Assembly: GCA_036172245.1 (NCBI GenBank)
Contig: JAYWIR010000031.1
Coordinates: 1,798,001 to 1,862,000 of the forward strand
Direction: 5' to 3'
DNA from: Raillietiella orientalis
Lineage: Eukaryota
Length of the DNA stretch: 64,000 nt
A program made the position numbers and the translations under genes. The notes below the pieces were generated by a model. It was not told where the DNA came from. It saw only the letters and a list, made by a program, of their open reading frames with translations, and did no database searches. Shown here piece after piece: positions 12,511 to 25,547 of the stretch. Positions within the stretch are counted from its first letter, which is position 1, and each line of letters begins with the position of its first letter.

Positions 12511-15500
12511 ATTCAAAATAATCAAAATATCACCTTCATAAAGCTCTGCATCTCTCATCCTTATCTCCTTAGAACTAAGTAAATAATAAGGGATTTATTA
12601 CGAGGAGGTTTTGGAATTAGGGCTGCTTTTGTGAAGATAGCGTCGTGTCATTACTTTTAACGATCACCCGTTTAATTCAAAAATATGGTAATTGCCGTAT
12701 TCTAGGAAACTCTGGAGGATAATTGTAATCACAGATCAGAAGTCTGTGATAATGCAGATGAATCAGAACGTGTCTTTTCTGCCAAACTGCCTGAATGCCT
12801 CATGTTTTCAGCCATGCTCTTTTATCCTCATGTGGCTGAATATACCAACATCTAATCGCACATCGAGTGGACAGAAATGCACTCCCGTGTAAAGAGCGGG
12901 GGGTCTACAAAGACCATAGCCAACACAAATAGCTGGAAGGTGCAAAAAACGCTGGAAAAGATGCTTTTGCTTCTCACAGAAGGAATTGTATCAGTTGTAT
13001 CACTTGAAGAGAAATTCAGCAGAAAACCATTAAGATGCAGGGAAAGAACCACGTGCTCTGGAATCTCAAATGTGTGATCGAGGATTTTCCCGTGTAGTGA
13101 AACACTGCTGGAGAGGCACGGGAGCTGTATTACGCCCGTGCAGTGCTTTAAACCCGGATTTCAGATTATGACTTGGAACAGCCTTTGCATTGCATGCAAC
13201 GAGGCAGGACACGGCTATTCAGTATCATTTGTAAGCCGGAAGAGATGTGATCTCATAATTGCTTCAATTGGTCGCGCTCAAAATGCTGAGTAGAATTAAA
13301 ATTGGTAGCTGGAGCAAATCCCTTCTCATCCGTGCCTCTCTAGCTCCATCTGACTACATGGGAAAAATCCTTGATCACACATTTGACATCTCAGAACACC
13401 TGATTCTCCCGCCATCTTAATCTTCCCCCGTTTTATCTCTCTCCGACTGATCCGAAAGCGGCAGCGCCCTTTCTGTAGCAAATTTTGTGCTTTCTGGGAG
13501 CGGAAAAGCACGGAAGCAGCAGCGTCAAAGTTGCATTTCGAGAGGGAACTGTACAAAGTGCTTGAGTACGAAGCAGTGGGTTGAATGTGAGTAAGCAACG
13601 TTTAAAACGCCTCGTATGTGAGCAGGAGGTAGTGAATAAAGTTTACAGGATTCATTGAAAGATAAGTAAACAGCTGGCGCAGGGAAATCTATCACCTGGA
13701 AACGTGTCTTCTGAGCGGCATTTCACAATCGGACTCTCAGAAGAAGAAAGCCTGTCCCATGATCAGATGTATGAGCTAAGGAGTCTTGAGCACCGTTGAA
13801 CACCTTTGGAATGATCCCCGAGCAAGGAATTTATAATGATGCCCATGGATGACACTTATCAAAAGAAACGAACTGTTTTCATACCTATTCTGATCCGTAC
13901 AAGAACGGTTATGTTGATCTTTGGGGAAATCATCCACAATAAAGCGTTCGCAACATTCTCAAAATAGTAATGAAAAAAGATGGATTTCTGGAAATACGGG
14001 GCTGTCAGATAGAAGGATCGTCTGCAGCGTGTAGCATCGTTTCATCATTCAGAATTCTCAAGGCTCGAGCACATGTTTTTCGCAAGCAATCTTTGATAAG
14101 AAACTTGTGATGAATCCACGATAACGAACTGCTCTTATTATCTAATTAGTCATTTAACGATCCAAAGGGAAAGACGCTCGATGAATGAAACCGTCCAGAA
14201 TTTCTTCAGTAATTATAATCTCGAGTATCCCATTAATTGATGGTAAGGGCTGGTATCGCAGGAGGAAGAATACATCATCTGACCTCCACGAAAAAGATTC
14301 ATTCCAGAAGCCGCAAAGGAGTCTCCGAAATTTTCCGAGCCATCAGGTTCATTTTCTTGTATTGGATACGTGTTTGAGTTTTTAGTAGTAGTTGCTTCGC
14401 TAGGATCACCTGCCACCGCGAATTTCGCTTCTTCGGTGCCGATTCTTCTTGTTCGTCGGTTTCGTTGGAAAGTGAAACGCCTTCTCCTTGTGCTCAGCAG
14501 TGTGCCATCCTTCTGCTGCAGAAGTTTGCTGTACCACTACTTATCGGATTCGGTCTTTCCACAATTGCAGTGGACGCACTGTATTTTTTCCCGAGGTTTC
14601 TTCCATTTCCGACCCCGGATCAGGGCCCTTTGATATTGCAGCATCTCTCATCCATGCCACTTGAATGTGTGACCCGAGCTGTTCACCGTTACTTCCGCGT
14701 TCGGCGTTCTTATTATTTCGTGCGAGCGCAAAGTGCAACGAAGTGAAGTCTGCTTTTCTTATACGGCTGTCCACTGGGTTTCACCCTCTGCATGTGTTCA
14801 GGTACAATATTGGATGTCTCCTTGAAATCAGAAGGAATCCTCATTCCTGTTGTTCGTTCATTTCCTTTGCCGTCATGCTATTGCGCTCTCGTTCTTACGC
14901 TTCAAACGAAGGAAAATTTTCTTTAGAATGGTTGTTTCCCCGTTCCCCCCTTTCTTATTTCTTTAGAAAGCTGTCGCAGCATCAAAACCAGGTTTTCATG
15001 TGAACGCATAATGATTCCTCGTGGCTCAGCTTCCTCTTTGACTTTTTCCTGCGGAAGCGCCAACCGTTAAAAAAAGTCGGCACTGACGAGAGGGCAGACA
15101 CATCGGTTACTAAGCAAATTGCTCCCTCTTCGGGACAAGGGCAAAGAGTAGCTAAAAGGAAAAGATGGGAATGCCTCTGGCATGGCATGCCAATGGATTC
15201 GAGATTCGAGCTCTCCCTAATCTGACGGAAATCTGAGAGATTCCTGAGATGCAAAACATGTACACTGCTGTGAAAAAAGTTGTGCTCAAGGAAGAGGCTG
15301 GCACATCTTGAAAAATGTCAAATGAAGCACCGGGAACTCCAAATAAAGGGAGATTTGTGAATGGCTTCCATAGAAAACCCTTTGTCCCCTTTCTATCTTT
15401 GGGAGCGTTGTAAACACAATGCACGCGCGGTTGCCGGTGGCAATGTACGAGATCACGGTCCACTTTGCTGAGACGCTGACTTTTCGCTGAACGATTCTGT

Positions 15501-16013
15501 ATACCTCGAAACCTCGAACATACGAAAGTTACTGACTAATCCTTACGAAAGATTCATGTAACGAGGCATCCTGCAACCAACTTTCCCCTCTGGAGGATTC
15601 AAGACAGGGATTGTGAGGGAAACTTTCGAAATGGCAGGGGTGTTCGTGTTAAGTGTATCTATGGAATCTGATAGTTGAGCGAATTACCAAGCATTTGCTA
15701 CGTCCACTATTTGCAAGCCTATTTGAAGTACTGCGTCCCCTCTCTAGGTTGTGATGCGGATCCAAGAGGGAGACGAAGGTTCGACCACTGTTCACAGTTC
15801 ACAAGTTGACGACAGTTCGATGCTTCGAAGCATAAAGAATTGTTTCGTGCAGCATCCGTTCAGAAGGGTAGCACGGATCTGCGGCTCCTTTGGGTCAGCG
15901 TCTTAGCAAAGTGGACCGTGATCCGCATACACTGCCATCGAAAAGTAAGGGCGGTTTGGATACCAAGAAAGAACAAACAAAAACATGTATTGGTGCCTCG
16001 AAACATCCCGATG

Positions 16014-16480
16014 TCATTCTTCTACGAAGTCACCATTTTTTTCCCAAACACCTTTGATACCGCTGAAGAAGCTTTTTGGACCCCTCTGCATCAAATCCCA
16101 CCACCTGGGAGTCCATCCAGTTCAGCAGCACTGCAGTTTTCAACCCTCACTTTCCCCCTCGAATCGTCGAGCCACTTCTTGAGGTGCAGGAAGACGTGGT
16201 CTGGGGCGAGGTCAGGACCGGGTGATCAAAAAGCTCCCATTTGAATTCTGAATTGTCTGGGATGTGCGGACAGCATGTGTTGTTGCCAAGGCGCGCGTTG
16301 TCGTGAAGGAGAAGAACAATTCCCGATCTCAGCATCCCACGTCGTCGGTTCTGAATGACCCGCCGCGGTGTTGAAAGTGTTCCACATTGGACTTGCGCAC
16401 AGTAGATGGTTGTTCCAATCTCCAGTAAAGTCCACAAAAAGCAAACCCTTTTGGATGTGCTCGTGTACAGAAGGCATCCT
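16014..16480 (-). mobile_element. Mariner transposase relic (C-terminal catalytic region)
   Basis: IQNRRRGMLRSGIVLLLHDNAR, FKWELFDHP, PDLAP..FLHLKKWL, KKLLQRYQRCLGKNGDFVEE* across frameshifts; typical mariner motifs. Confidence 0.88.
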
Positions 16481-17779
16481 AAAAAAAAGTCCTCCGGAAA
16501 CGAGCGCATCGTTTAGTCCCATCGAGAAATCTCTAAAACAACGGATTTCCGGTAGCCACACACTCTTCATCATTCATTTCCGACATTGCTTCAGGAGTCT
16601 GGATGTGAAGAAGAAAGCACTGCACACGTGGTAAGAGTGTACAACCGAAATATAGCGGCGTCTCGCCTTGGGAAGGAGAGGAAGAATAGACACTGTGCAT
16701 GTGCATTCATCGTCAACTGGAAGCAGTGAAGGGATGACCAGATGACCCCTAGGACAAGAGTCGGGTGAATCTGACAGATGTCAGCATAGGTTTCCGCTGG
16801 ATTCCGAATGACTCTCCTTTTCTTTGTCCCCCTCACCTTAATAACAAATGTCCATTTAATTACCCTCATGGCATGGCACGGATCCGCACCCAAACTGGAT
16901 GATAGCACCGCATCTTTCTCGTGGAATGCAGTGATGAAATCCCGCCCTAATTTTTTTTGGTAGTTGATAAATATCATGGAGCAACCGCACACTTGTTTCC
17001 CCAACCAACCCATCTGATGAGCAGCCATATTCGGTCAAGGTGGAACGGAATTCCACTACTGCAAAGGTTCACGATCAAAAGGGGGAAGCAGACAACTCCT
17101 TGTTTGGTGACGTAGGGGAAGCGGCAACCTCCACGAAATGGTTGACAGATGGTTCGTTGGTGCGCATGCGTAGTTCACGCGAAGTGCAGGAAACAGATTT
17201 TGCTTAATTAGCAAGGACCATTGCTTGGGATGAAGCAGCAGCGAAGAGACCGTGGATCAATGTGGCGTGGGGAAGACAGTGGTTGAGTTGGTCACGATTG
17301 TTAGCACGCTTTAAGCACTAGAGAGAGGGAATCCTGAAATTCAAGAGTCCCGTTGCACCCATGCAGTGTTTCAAGCCACCTGCTTTGGGTGCAACTGCTT
17401 CAGATGAGGTTCGGTACCACTCCTTTCCGAAGCAGCTCCGTGAAACGTCTTCGACGATCAGAGACGTCTTCTTGCTGAAAGGCGGGCTCCCTCTGGTAAA
17501 GAAACATGAAGTTTAGGAAACTTGCAGATATCGTTTTAGCTTCAGCTTCTTCGTCAGCTAAGCGGTGGTTCTGATGCCACGCACACTCCGCCTTTCTCAC
17601 TCTAAAGACAACTGGCTGCTTTAACAGCAGCTTTGGAAGAGATCACAGTTGGGCGACTCGCCTCTGGGGCTTAAATCCTGCAGTGGCAATTAATGAACGT
17701 GGATGGCTGTCACACAGCCTCATGCTTCTGGCATTCCTTGGGTTGGACCTAAATCTCCTCCTTACAGTTCCAGAGGTAA

Positions 17780-18330
17780 TTAATGGACTAGGGCTGCATT
17801 GAAAGATTTTCATGCGAAACACCAATTCCTTCAGGTTCTGAGAGCTGAGGATCAACTGACCTATGAGCCGGAAGGCTGTTCGCATGGATCCCTCCTCCAC
17901 ACCATGGAGCACTTGCTACCAAGACCGAGGTCTCTGAGTCGATGTTGGCCGCAGGCGAGCCCGCGCCAAAACACTTTCGCGCGCGCCATCGCCACCCTCC
18001 TGCGAGCGGGAAACGGGGGAACGTGCCGTCGTCCTCCGGCATCGTCCTTTCGGAATCCTGGAAGGCAGGAACGGCGGTGGAGTGCGGTCTCGTTGGGAGA
18101 TTCGACGGTTGCCACGGTTGAGTCCCGCCGTCCGCGGCAACCAGCAGCTCTCATGGATGCGACGCCCATCGGATCACATGAAATCGGGTTGCACCCCGCG
18201 AGCCGGCGTTCGGCTCGTGAGCGCGCCAGTTGTGCTTCTCGAAATGGTCCCGCCGGTGGAGCTCGGGTCTCCGGCAGCGCGACCTTCAGCGTTCAGGCTC
18301 TTTCACCACTTGAAGTCGGAGAATAGTTTG
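17780..18330 (-). mobile_element. Degenerate LINE ORF2 C-terminal (zf-RVT-like) fragment
   Basis: KVFWRGLACGQHRLRDLGLGSKC.. followed in another frame by WCGGG resembles zf-RVT; GC-rich block. Confidence 0.4.
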
Positions 18331-18649
18331 AGGACCGTTTCGCTCCCCATGGCCTCCACTTTGCAGGATGGGACTCCTCTTTCTCCTCTCACCTCAACAG
18401 ACCCCAGATAACCCGAGGGAAATTTCGGCGGTAACCAGCTTCCAGATGGTTTCATTCTCCTTTTGTCCCTGCGTGCAGATTTTATGACCAATTTGAGCTT
18501 TCGCTGTCGTTGCGGACATTCACCAGAGTTCTTTGTGACTTCCTCCTGGAGCGACAGAGTTCATCGTGCTGTTTTACTTTTTCCTCCTCTTCAATTTCAT
18601 CCAGACAGCAATAGCAGCCGGCCCCAACCTGCCGACCCTTGCTTATGTG

Positions 18650-19790
18650 CTCAGTCTTCAGCGACAAAGGTGTTCTGTTGCTGATCCTCTGCTAGATGAC
18701 ATACCATATATTTCGGTTGGCTCCACTCCGTCAACCTGTTCTGTGTGGCACTCAGCTTTGCATCGATTTCACACGTTTTTTTACGACGCTAATATCAGAA
18801 AGGCATGCCGAGGTGCGATTGGGGTCGCAGCAGCGCTCTCTGATCTTTGCTGTGCATCCGCACTCGTTCCCAAGGAGCCTCAGTGCACCCGTAAATGCAG
18901 CCATTGGCATCCACTGGGCGAATCTTCGTCGTTTCAGAAGACCACCTCGATGCTTGCGGGTACCTGGAAACCTGATGAGAATACCGATCATATCTGGAAT
19001 CAAGTTTCATCCGGTATGAGCTGGCATCGACGGCTGATACGCAAGAGCCTGCACATAGATCACCACAATCAGTTGTTTGCTGTAGCAGCTAATGGCCATG
19101 AGGCGAGATGAGAACCCTTCCGTAGCCTGGCCCTTGGTTTTAAATCGTCTCAGTATCATTTCTTCCGCAAACCACAGTATCCTTGTCAATCCAGATAAGA
19201 AAAATGATATTTGTATTTCCATTTGAGAAGAAGAAGGGCTGCACTGCTGCACCTACTCATGTGTAATTCTTCAAATCCGTCTCCAGAACAAAACGTTTTC
19301 GCTTCTTCGAAGATAATGGCTTCTTTTCTGTCTCCTGCTTTCTCATATAGAAGAATAAGAGCAAATCAACATGGATTGAGGGACGTTCGAGGCTTCTGTG
19401 AACACCTTCAGCAAGGAGTTAACCTCGTAAACGGTCACCATCATTTCGCGGACATCTCGGACGCTTGGCACGATCGATTCCTTGTTTCCCGGGAATCTGT
19501 GACCTACCGTTACATCCCTGACCAACCCAGTGGCTACATCAGCGTGAGTGTTCCGGTAAACTTAGAGCCAATCTCCATCGTACCACTTGATAAGCTCCTT
19601 TTCTTTAACGGTTCCTCGCGAGTCTAACATCGCATCAGAGGCGATCCCCTCCATCACTCCATGAATTTCTCCATGGGAAGCCTGCCTCCAGCTACTGCTG
19701 TCGAAGTTGCTTCCAACGTCCATAGCAAAACATTTCTTTTATAGACCAGGCACGTGTTTACATGGCTCATGGAAATCCCAATCCTTCGAC
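18650..19790 (-). mobile_element. Highly degenerate L1-like ORF2 C-terminal relic (related short piece at about 20270-20470)
   Basis: 18850-18990 and 20280-20430 are mutually similar (KIRPVDANGCIYGCTEA vs KIRLENASSCIFGRIEA, zf-RVT-like). EGLGFP near 19780. Confidence 0.4.
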
Positions 19791-19839
19791 CTGGCAAGAA
19801 GCCGAACTCCGACCGAGAAGAGTTCGCTTCCTTCAGTAA

Positions 19840-20093
19840 GAGTTGACTCCATGATTCCTGGAGGAACCACAGAGAGTCAGCTTCCAGCCCTGGTCATTCA
19901 ACGGGTGCATCCTGCTTCCACCAGTACCACACCCAAAGTCCGTGGGCCAACCAGCTTCATCTTACGAGGGGACTCGAAACTGACGACGCACCCATTTCAC
20001 GGCGTCGATCCTTCCCTGGGTAGGATTCGAACCCTCAACGCCTGGTACCAAGCACGAAGACCACAGCTACACGGTCTCCAACGCGGATCCAGG
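19840..20093 (-). repeat. tRNA-headed SINE-like repeat, partial copy
   Basis: B-box GGGTTCGAATCC (reverse complement at 20023-20034) followed by the body shared with other copies. Confidence 0.75.
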
Positions 20094-20999
20094 TCCCAAA
20101 AAGAGTTGGTACAGCAGCAAAAATTCGCAGTGCTAAGCGCAAGGCTGTGGACTCGTTGATCCATTGGAGAGAGTGTCCACATTGTGGTTGCTTACGATCC
20201 ATGTCAGTGTAGGGAGTAGTCCGCTAACAAGCGATGAGGGGGAAGGGGATTTTTCCAATCATATTCTCCAATGTCGAAAAGGTGCATCCACGCTCGTTTC
20301 CAGAGAGCCTCGATGCGCCCAAAAATGCAGCTACTGGCATTCTCTAGGCGAATCTTTGTATTCTCAGTTTTCGTCGTCAAGGTGACAAGACTACCGATCG
20401 TTGCCTCGATGTCTGCAGACACCTGGAACCCTTCATACCCGCAGGACCTCGATTCCATTCATCTGGTTCTCTGCAAGGGGCTGTGATCCTAGGGAGGCAG
20501 CTCGTCAATCACCAGCGGCCCAGTCCATGGTCCCAGGACACCTTGCCCTTCTCCTTTCTGATGTTCTCTGCTTGACTCCGAAGGATCTTCAGCCAACAAC
20601 TCTTTGCCCTAACGCGCCTCCGTCTCGTACCCTCTGTGGCCACTGCGGGATCTCCGAAGGGGACAGACCACGTCCAATAGCATAGCTCTGGAGCGCCCTG
20701 GAGACCACATCGGAGCTCCGGAAGTCGGTCCCATTGTATCGACTGGCTGTAGGACACCAGCTCTCAATGCAAACTCCCCGATGAACTCCTTCCATTTCGC
20801 CCCAATGCCCTCTTTCCTACCCCCTGCCCTTACCTCCTCCCGTCACTCTCGGAAACGCGCCGCGCTCCAGCGTTCCGTCAGTAACGAGGAAGCCGGGCGG
20901 AATGGCAATCCTCACTGAGGAAGATGCAACGCTTCTTGTTTACTACCCTTAGGGCATTTTCTTGCTCACCTACTTCTGTTGTTGCGCTTCCGGGTAGCC

Positions 21000-21960
21000 T
21001 TTTGGCACATGCGAAGTGATCCGCCATCAGAACTCGAGGTGGCCGCTGCTTCCTGACATCGCGCTGAAGTCGCCAGCCGTCAGGTTAGGCTCTTCTGAGG
21101 AGGTTGGTGCTCCACGGAATCTGATCTCCAGCACCAGTTCTTTGATGGCCCCTGGAGCTTCCAAACGGGTTGCCCGGGGATCACTGCAGATTGCGTCCAT
21201 CGCGTCAAGGCCTCCGCCTTCGTCTTGCACAAAGTCCTCTTGCCCGCTGCTCCCAGACTCGGAGCGCGGGTGGATTCTCGGTTCCCTTTCTGCCTTGAAG
21301 GAGAGAGATCCGAGTCAAGTCCGGGCTCCGCTTCCCCCGGTATTGCACGGACCGATCCTTCAAGGTCGGGTCCGCGACCTCCGCAGCCTCCAAATTTCCA
21401 GTCCTTCGCGGGCACTCACGAGAAGTCTCTTCCTAGAGCGCGGACTTCCCCCCATCCCGTAGTCCAAGAGGTCACTCCTGAACCCCATCCTCGCTCGCTC
21501 GAGATCATCCCGTAGCCGCTTCTTCGAAGTTGCTGAGGTCCATCTGAACCTCGATCGGACGTGTTGCGTCCCATGCGCTCCTCAACGCGTCAGGGCGCGT
21601 GAGCACCCGATCCACCGTTTCTCCGACCCTTCCTGGACTGAACCTTAAAAACTTGGATTCGGAGGGGAGAACAGAAATTTCCTCCTCGACTCCTTGTTGG
21701 TCCCGTTCACTGCTGCCACTGCCTCATCCCCGGAAAGAAACTGATCTTTCTGGAAGATCTCTCGAGCGGGAGGGTCGAGTTTTGATGCTCCTGCTTTTTC
21801 CCTACTCCTCCCAGGATGAACCCTTCTCCCTCGAGATTCGAAGCAAGATGCAAGTTGACCTCCGACCGTTCACCTTTCTGCTTTCCTTTCCCTTCCTTCG
21901 AAACGGGGAGAAGAAAAGAGAAGGGGAGCTTGGCCTGAGGAAGCTAGTTTTCGCGATGAT
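21000..21960 (-). mobile_element. Possible LINE ORF1 relic
   Basis: VQYRGKRSPDLTRISLLQGRK resembles the L1-type ORF1 C-terminal Y-x-G...PDL-S/T motif; otherwise scrambled. Confidence 0.3.
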
Positions 21961-23255
21961 CGCTTACGAGCCACCAGAAATCAGGAGGGGAGACTGTCTG
22001 AACAGATGAAAAGGAGAACCGCTGGGGGAGGGCTGAACGTCTGACTCACCGTCGCTGCCCATCCGCGAAGAGACCGTGAGCTCCCATGGTGACAATATCA
22101 CTCTAAGGGAATTCCGTCGTCATCCTTTCCATCTCTCAGCTGCTTTTATCCCAAACTTCCTTTCAGAGCAGAAGCAGTAGCAGTTTTCGCGAACAGGGTA
22201 GCCAGTAGCGTCGAAATGCACGCGGCTTCCCTCACTCCCTGGCGAGTGCTTCGTTCTGTGGTCGGGTTTTCTTGCTTCCTGCCGACTCTCTCCGGCCCTA
22301 CTCCTAGCAGGCAGCTCTTTGCCTGTAAAAACTGGAGGAATGGAACTAACGAGCCTTTGATGACGTGACGTTGTATCTCCCACCGCGCCCACGATCGCCT
22401 CCTCCGACTGGAGAAACAGAATGAGGAAAACACGTGGTCCGAGCGTATTTTCTCCGGGGTAACGGTGTCGTCTAAGATGAGGGGAGGATCACACGTAACC
22501 TAGGACAAAATAGCAACTGATGGCTGAGTGAAAGGACTAACGGAGTTTGCCGATGTCGGGAAGGGCTGCAAAGACTAGGAAACCACGGGGGCGCGATAGC
22601 TTACCGCTGACTCTGGTCCTCGGATGCTCCTTAGATTCTCGAAACAGGTTTTCCGAGATGCGCACACGTCCCATGGAACAAGAGAAGGGATGAAGCGGTT
22701 TCAGAAGAGTGGCCGTTCCGACTGTCTGAACTCTGAAGTTACACGTCCGCGGTCCAGCATCTCACGGGTTGCTGCAGCTTTACACACATGCAGAAGTCTG
22801 CGAGGGGGTATCAGCTTCCGAAGGAGAACGGAACTAAGGAATGTTTCTGAAGAGCAAGAACTGCCAACAGCATCGGAGACAAATCCTTCCATGACAATGC
22901 CGTTTGCTCACGAAGGTGCCTCGGAAGATGGATGTAACTACAAAGTGATGCTTCAAGGTGGAAACGTGCTCTGCGAAACGGGAGCTAGCAACGCATGATC
23001 ATTTTAGAGAATATTGTTTTTATTTATACAAGAATCCCATAATCTCATCCTTTTTTCTTCAATGTCACGACTCACGCCTCGGGTGGATTAACACATTAGC
23101 TAGTGACCAACGTATCAAGCTCGCCCACTTGGAGAGTGGACGAGCTTGTTTTCTGACGATTTCCTCGTCAGAACAGTGGCGGTTCCTCCTTCCACCTTCA
23201 GAACATCAGGGAGCTGATCCATCCGCACAACGGGAAGAGCAGGAGTTGGTAATGC

Positions 23256-23885
23256 TGACCGCGTTGGCGGTTGCGTGGCTGCGGTCTCCGCTCCAAGTGT
23301 TGCGGGATCGAATCTCCACATGGACGATCGACGCTGAGAACGGGGTTGCGTCGTGAATTTCTTGTCTCCCCCCCCGCAAGACGATTGGAAGTTGAACTTC
23401 CTGGATCCTTCCAGGAATCAAGGAGTGGGCTCCACCCCAATTGTGTTGCATCCTACCTTCGCCCCCTTCCCCTCAGGGGATGACTCTTCATCGAGTATCA
23501 TGGAGCAGTGAATGGATGCCTCCCAAGAGTGTCAAGAAGTGCACTGTTCCCTCCGAGGAGCGGACCCATCAGAGAAAATTTGGAGGCTTCCCTTTGGGGT
23601 TGTCTCTAGAAAGGGAAACTACGCTGCGCGTTCCCTCCAGAGCAGAAACTCCAGGAGCGGATCCTTTCCAGGTTCCCTTCAGAAAAGAAATTTAGGAGCA
23701 GCGCCCTCTCTGGGGGGTTCCCCCAGAGAGAATAGGAAAGAGTTTTTTTCATGGTTCTCTTCAGAGACAACGAGGGTGGGAGGTTCCCTCCCAAGCGTAA
23801 GAGAGAAGGCCTCCTTTATCCGGAGCTTTCCTGGATTCATGATTCATTCCTGGGGTGGCCTCCTCCCCTATAACTGCTTGTAGAC
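23256..23885 (+). repeat. tRNA-headed SINE-like repeat
   Basis: B-box-like GGGATCGAATC at 23304-23314; body GGAAGTTGA...TCCTTCCAGGAAT and GGTTCCCTyCAGAGA subrepeats shared with other copies. Confidence 0.8.
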
Positions 23886-24418
23886 TGTGTTGCTCTCCGG
23901 CCCCTGTGGTTGCGCTACGCAATGCCCCTTGGGGTATCAAAGGACAATCCCAGAGACGTGTTGAAGCTCCTCTTCGTGCGCGGTGCCCTTTCGCCTGCCG
24001 CATCCCCAGCAGTTCTTTGCTGTTTACGTGGGATTGTGGCGGATTGGAGCTCCGCGAGAGGAGGACGGCGCGATGGTGATGTCATCTGCTTCGCCATGTG
24101 CTTCATGAGGACGGCAGCAAGATGGCTCCACCTGGGTCATACTTAGATGGAGCTTGCTGCCATCCTGGTATGGATGCAGAGGACGCCCTCCAACACCCCA
24201 TGATCCCTTCCCTAACCCTCCCAATTTTCTTGGAATTAGTTTTTTTTATTTCACTTTCATTCTTATTTGTCCCCTTCCCCTCCGCTGCCGAAGCGATCCT
24301 CGCCGGCCTGCATGCCGGTCATTCAGCAGGTTCCGAGCATTTTCGGACCATGTAGGGCCGATGGCCATACACATGTATGTTTATTATTTTTTATAATAAA
24401 CGTACCGGTGTGAAACCC
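23885..24418 (+). mobile_element. L1/Tx1 LINE 3' fragment (ORF2 end and 3' UTR)
   Basis: CCLRGIVADWSSARGGRRDGDVICFAMCFMRTAARWLHLG matches the family C-terminus; AATAAA at about 24395. Confidence 0.85.
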
Positions 24419-24869
24419 TATAACTTGAGGAAGTCCAGAGGAAAATGACATCACACTTTGAACCAGCATGCGTTTGCTTGCCTCTCTCCCTCCCGTTTTT
24501 CCTCCCGTCGGGTGGGCGAGGCAGTCCTTTAGTAAAGCTCGACCACCCCTTTTCAAATTCCAGCGCCTGCTTGCTTGCATGCACCCCGGACCGGGAGACC
24601 CTCTGTCCAAGCTTGCGATGGCCGGTTCACGTTCGAGGAATGTCCCAGCAGGGAAGCAGGGAGCGAAACCGAACCCTCTTGTTGCACCTCCTGGTCCCCT
24701 TCCTAGAAACAATCAGGCGGAAGATGAGGAGCACGGAAAACACGAGGGTGGGCGACGGCCCATATCATTTGAGCGGAATAGCGCGCCGCAGAGAAAGAGA
24801 CCGTTTGAAAATGAGAGCTCCACCAACACCTTGGAAACTGAACCAGAAACTCATTTGCGATTGATCCTT

Positions 24870-25547
24870 TCATCGATTTCCAGTGTCGTTTGATGTACTG
24901 TTCCCCAACACACTAAAGCTCGGCATCCCTGGAAACGAGCGAAAATGGCACTTGAAGGTCATGGGCAGAATTCCCTGAGGTATGCAAACGCTGCCGTATT
25001 TATACTCCAGGCACCTGGTGCCGCACTCATTACTAGGAGCGACGTTGATCATAAGCCTTCCTACGAGAATGCTGCTAGGCATTTCCAGCTGCTCATTAAA
25101 AATGTCCGGAAAGCATTCGGCTGAGACTGATTTGTACGCTTTTAACTCAGGACCCACTGTCAGCATAAATGCGGAATGCTCATTTCTACTTGAAGTAGCG
25201 ACGGCTGTGGAAAGCTCATTGATAACACTGAAGAATTCAGAACAATTCCACATGCCGAAATCCTCAAGTATAATAGAAAGAGTTCCAAAATTCTTCCTGC
25301 CTGCGGTTATCAAATGGGTATTCCAAACACAGGTTCTAAACTCTGAATACACCGTGCGTGTACAGCAGACCGCCACTGTCAACGCGGATCCGTACGAAGC
25401 GGCGGAAAAATGAACGCGCCGGAGCAGCCCTGTACGGAGCTCCGGATGAATTTCAATTTCATGGAAGGACCGTTTTTTGGAAAGGCCACGTGAATTAGGT
25501 GAGTTGAATTCCACTCTGCTCAAATCTTCCCGAATGGAATGGAACAA
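24870..25547 (-). pseudogene. Possible caspase-like (peptidase C14 fold) domain lacking catalytic residues
   Basis: 225-aa ORF with FNSPNSRGL, EHSAFMLTVG and SSILVGRLMINV, ordered like the caspase p20 motifs (NxxxRG, FVxxILSHG, LxGKPKLF). No His-Gly or QACxG. Similarity is weak and judged by eye. Confidence 0.3.

Noticed and set aside
14541..14800. Ankyrin-like string DFTSLHFALARNN
   Set aside because: A single weak motif with no periodic repeats.
15495..15800. Possible pogo/Tigger-like MITE ends
   Set aside because: The terminal inverted repeats are too degenerate to support.
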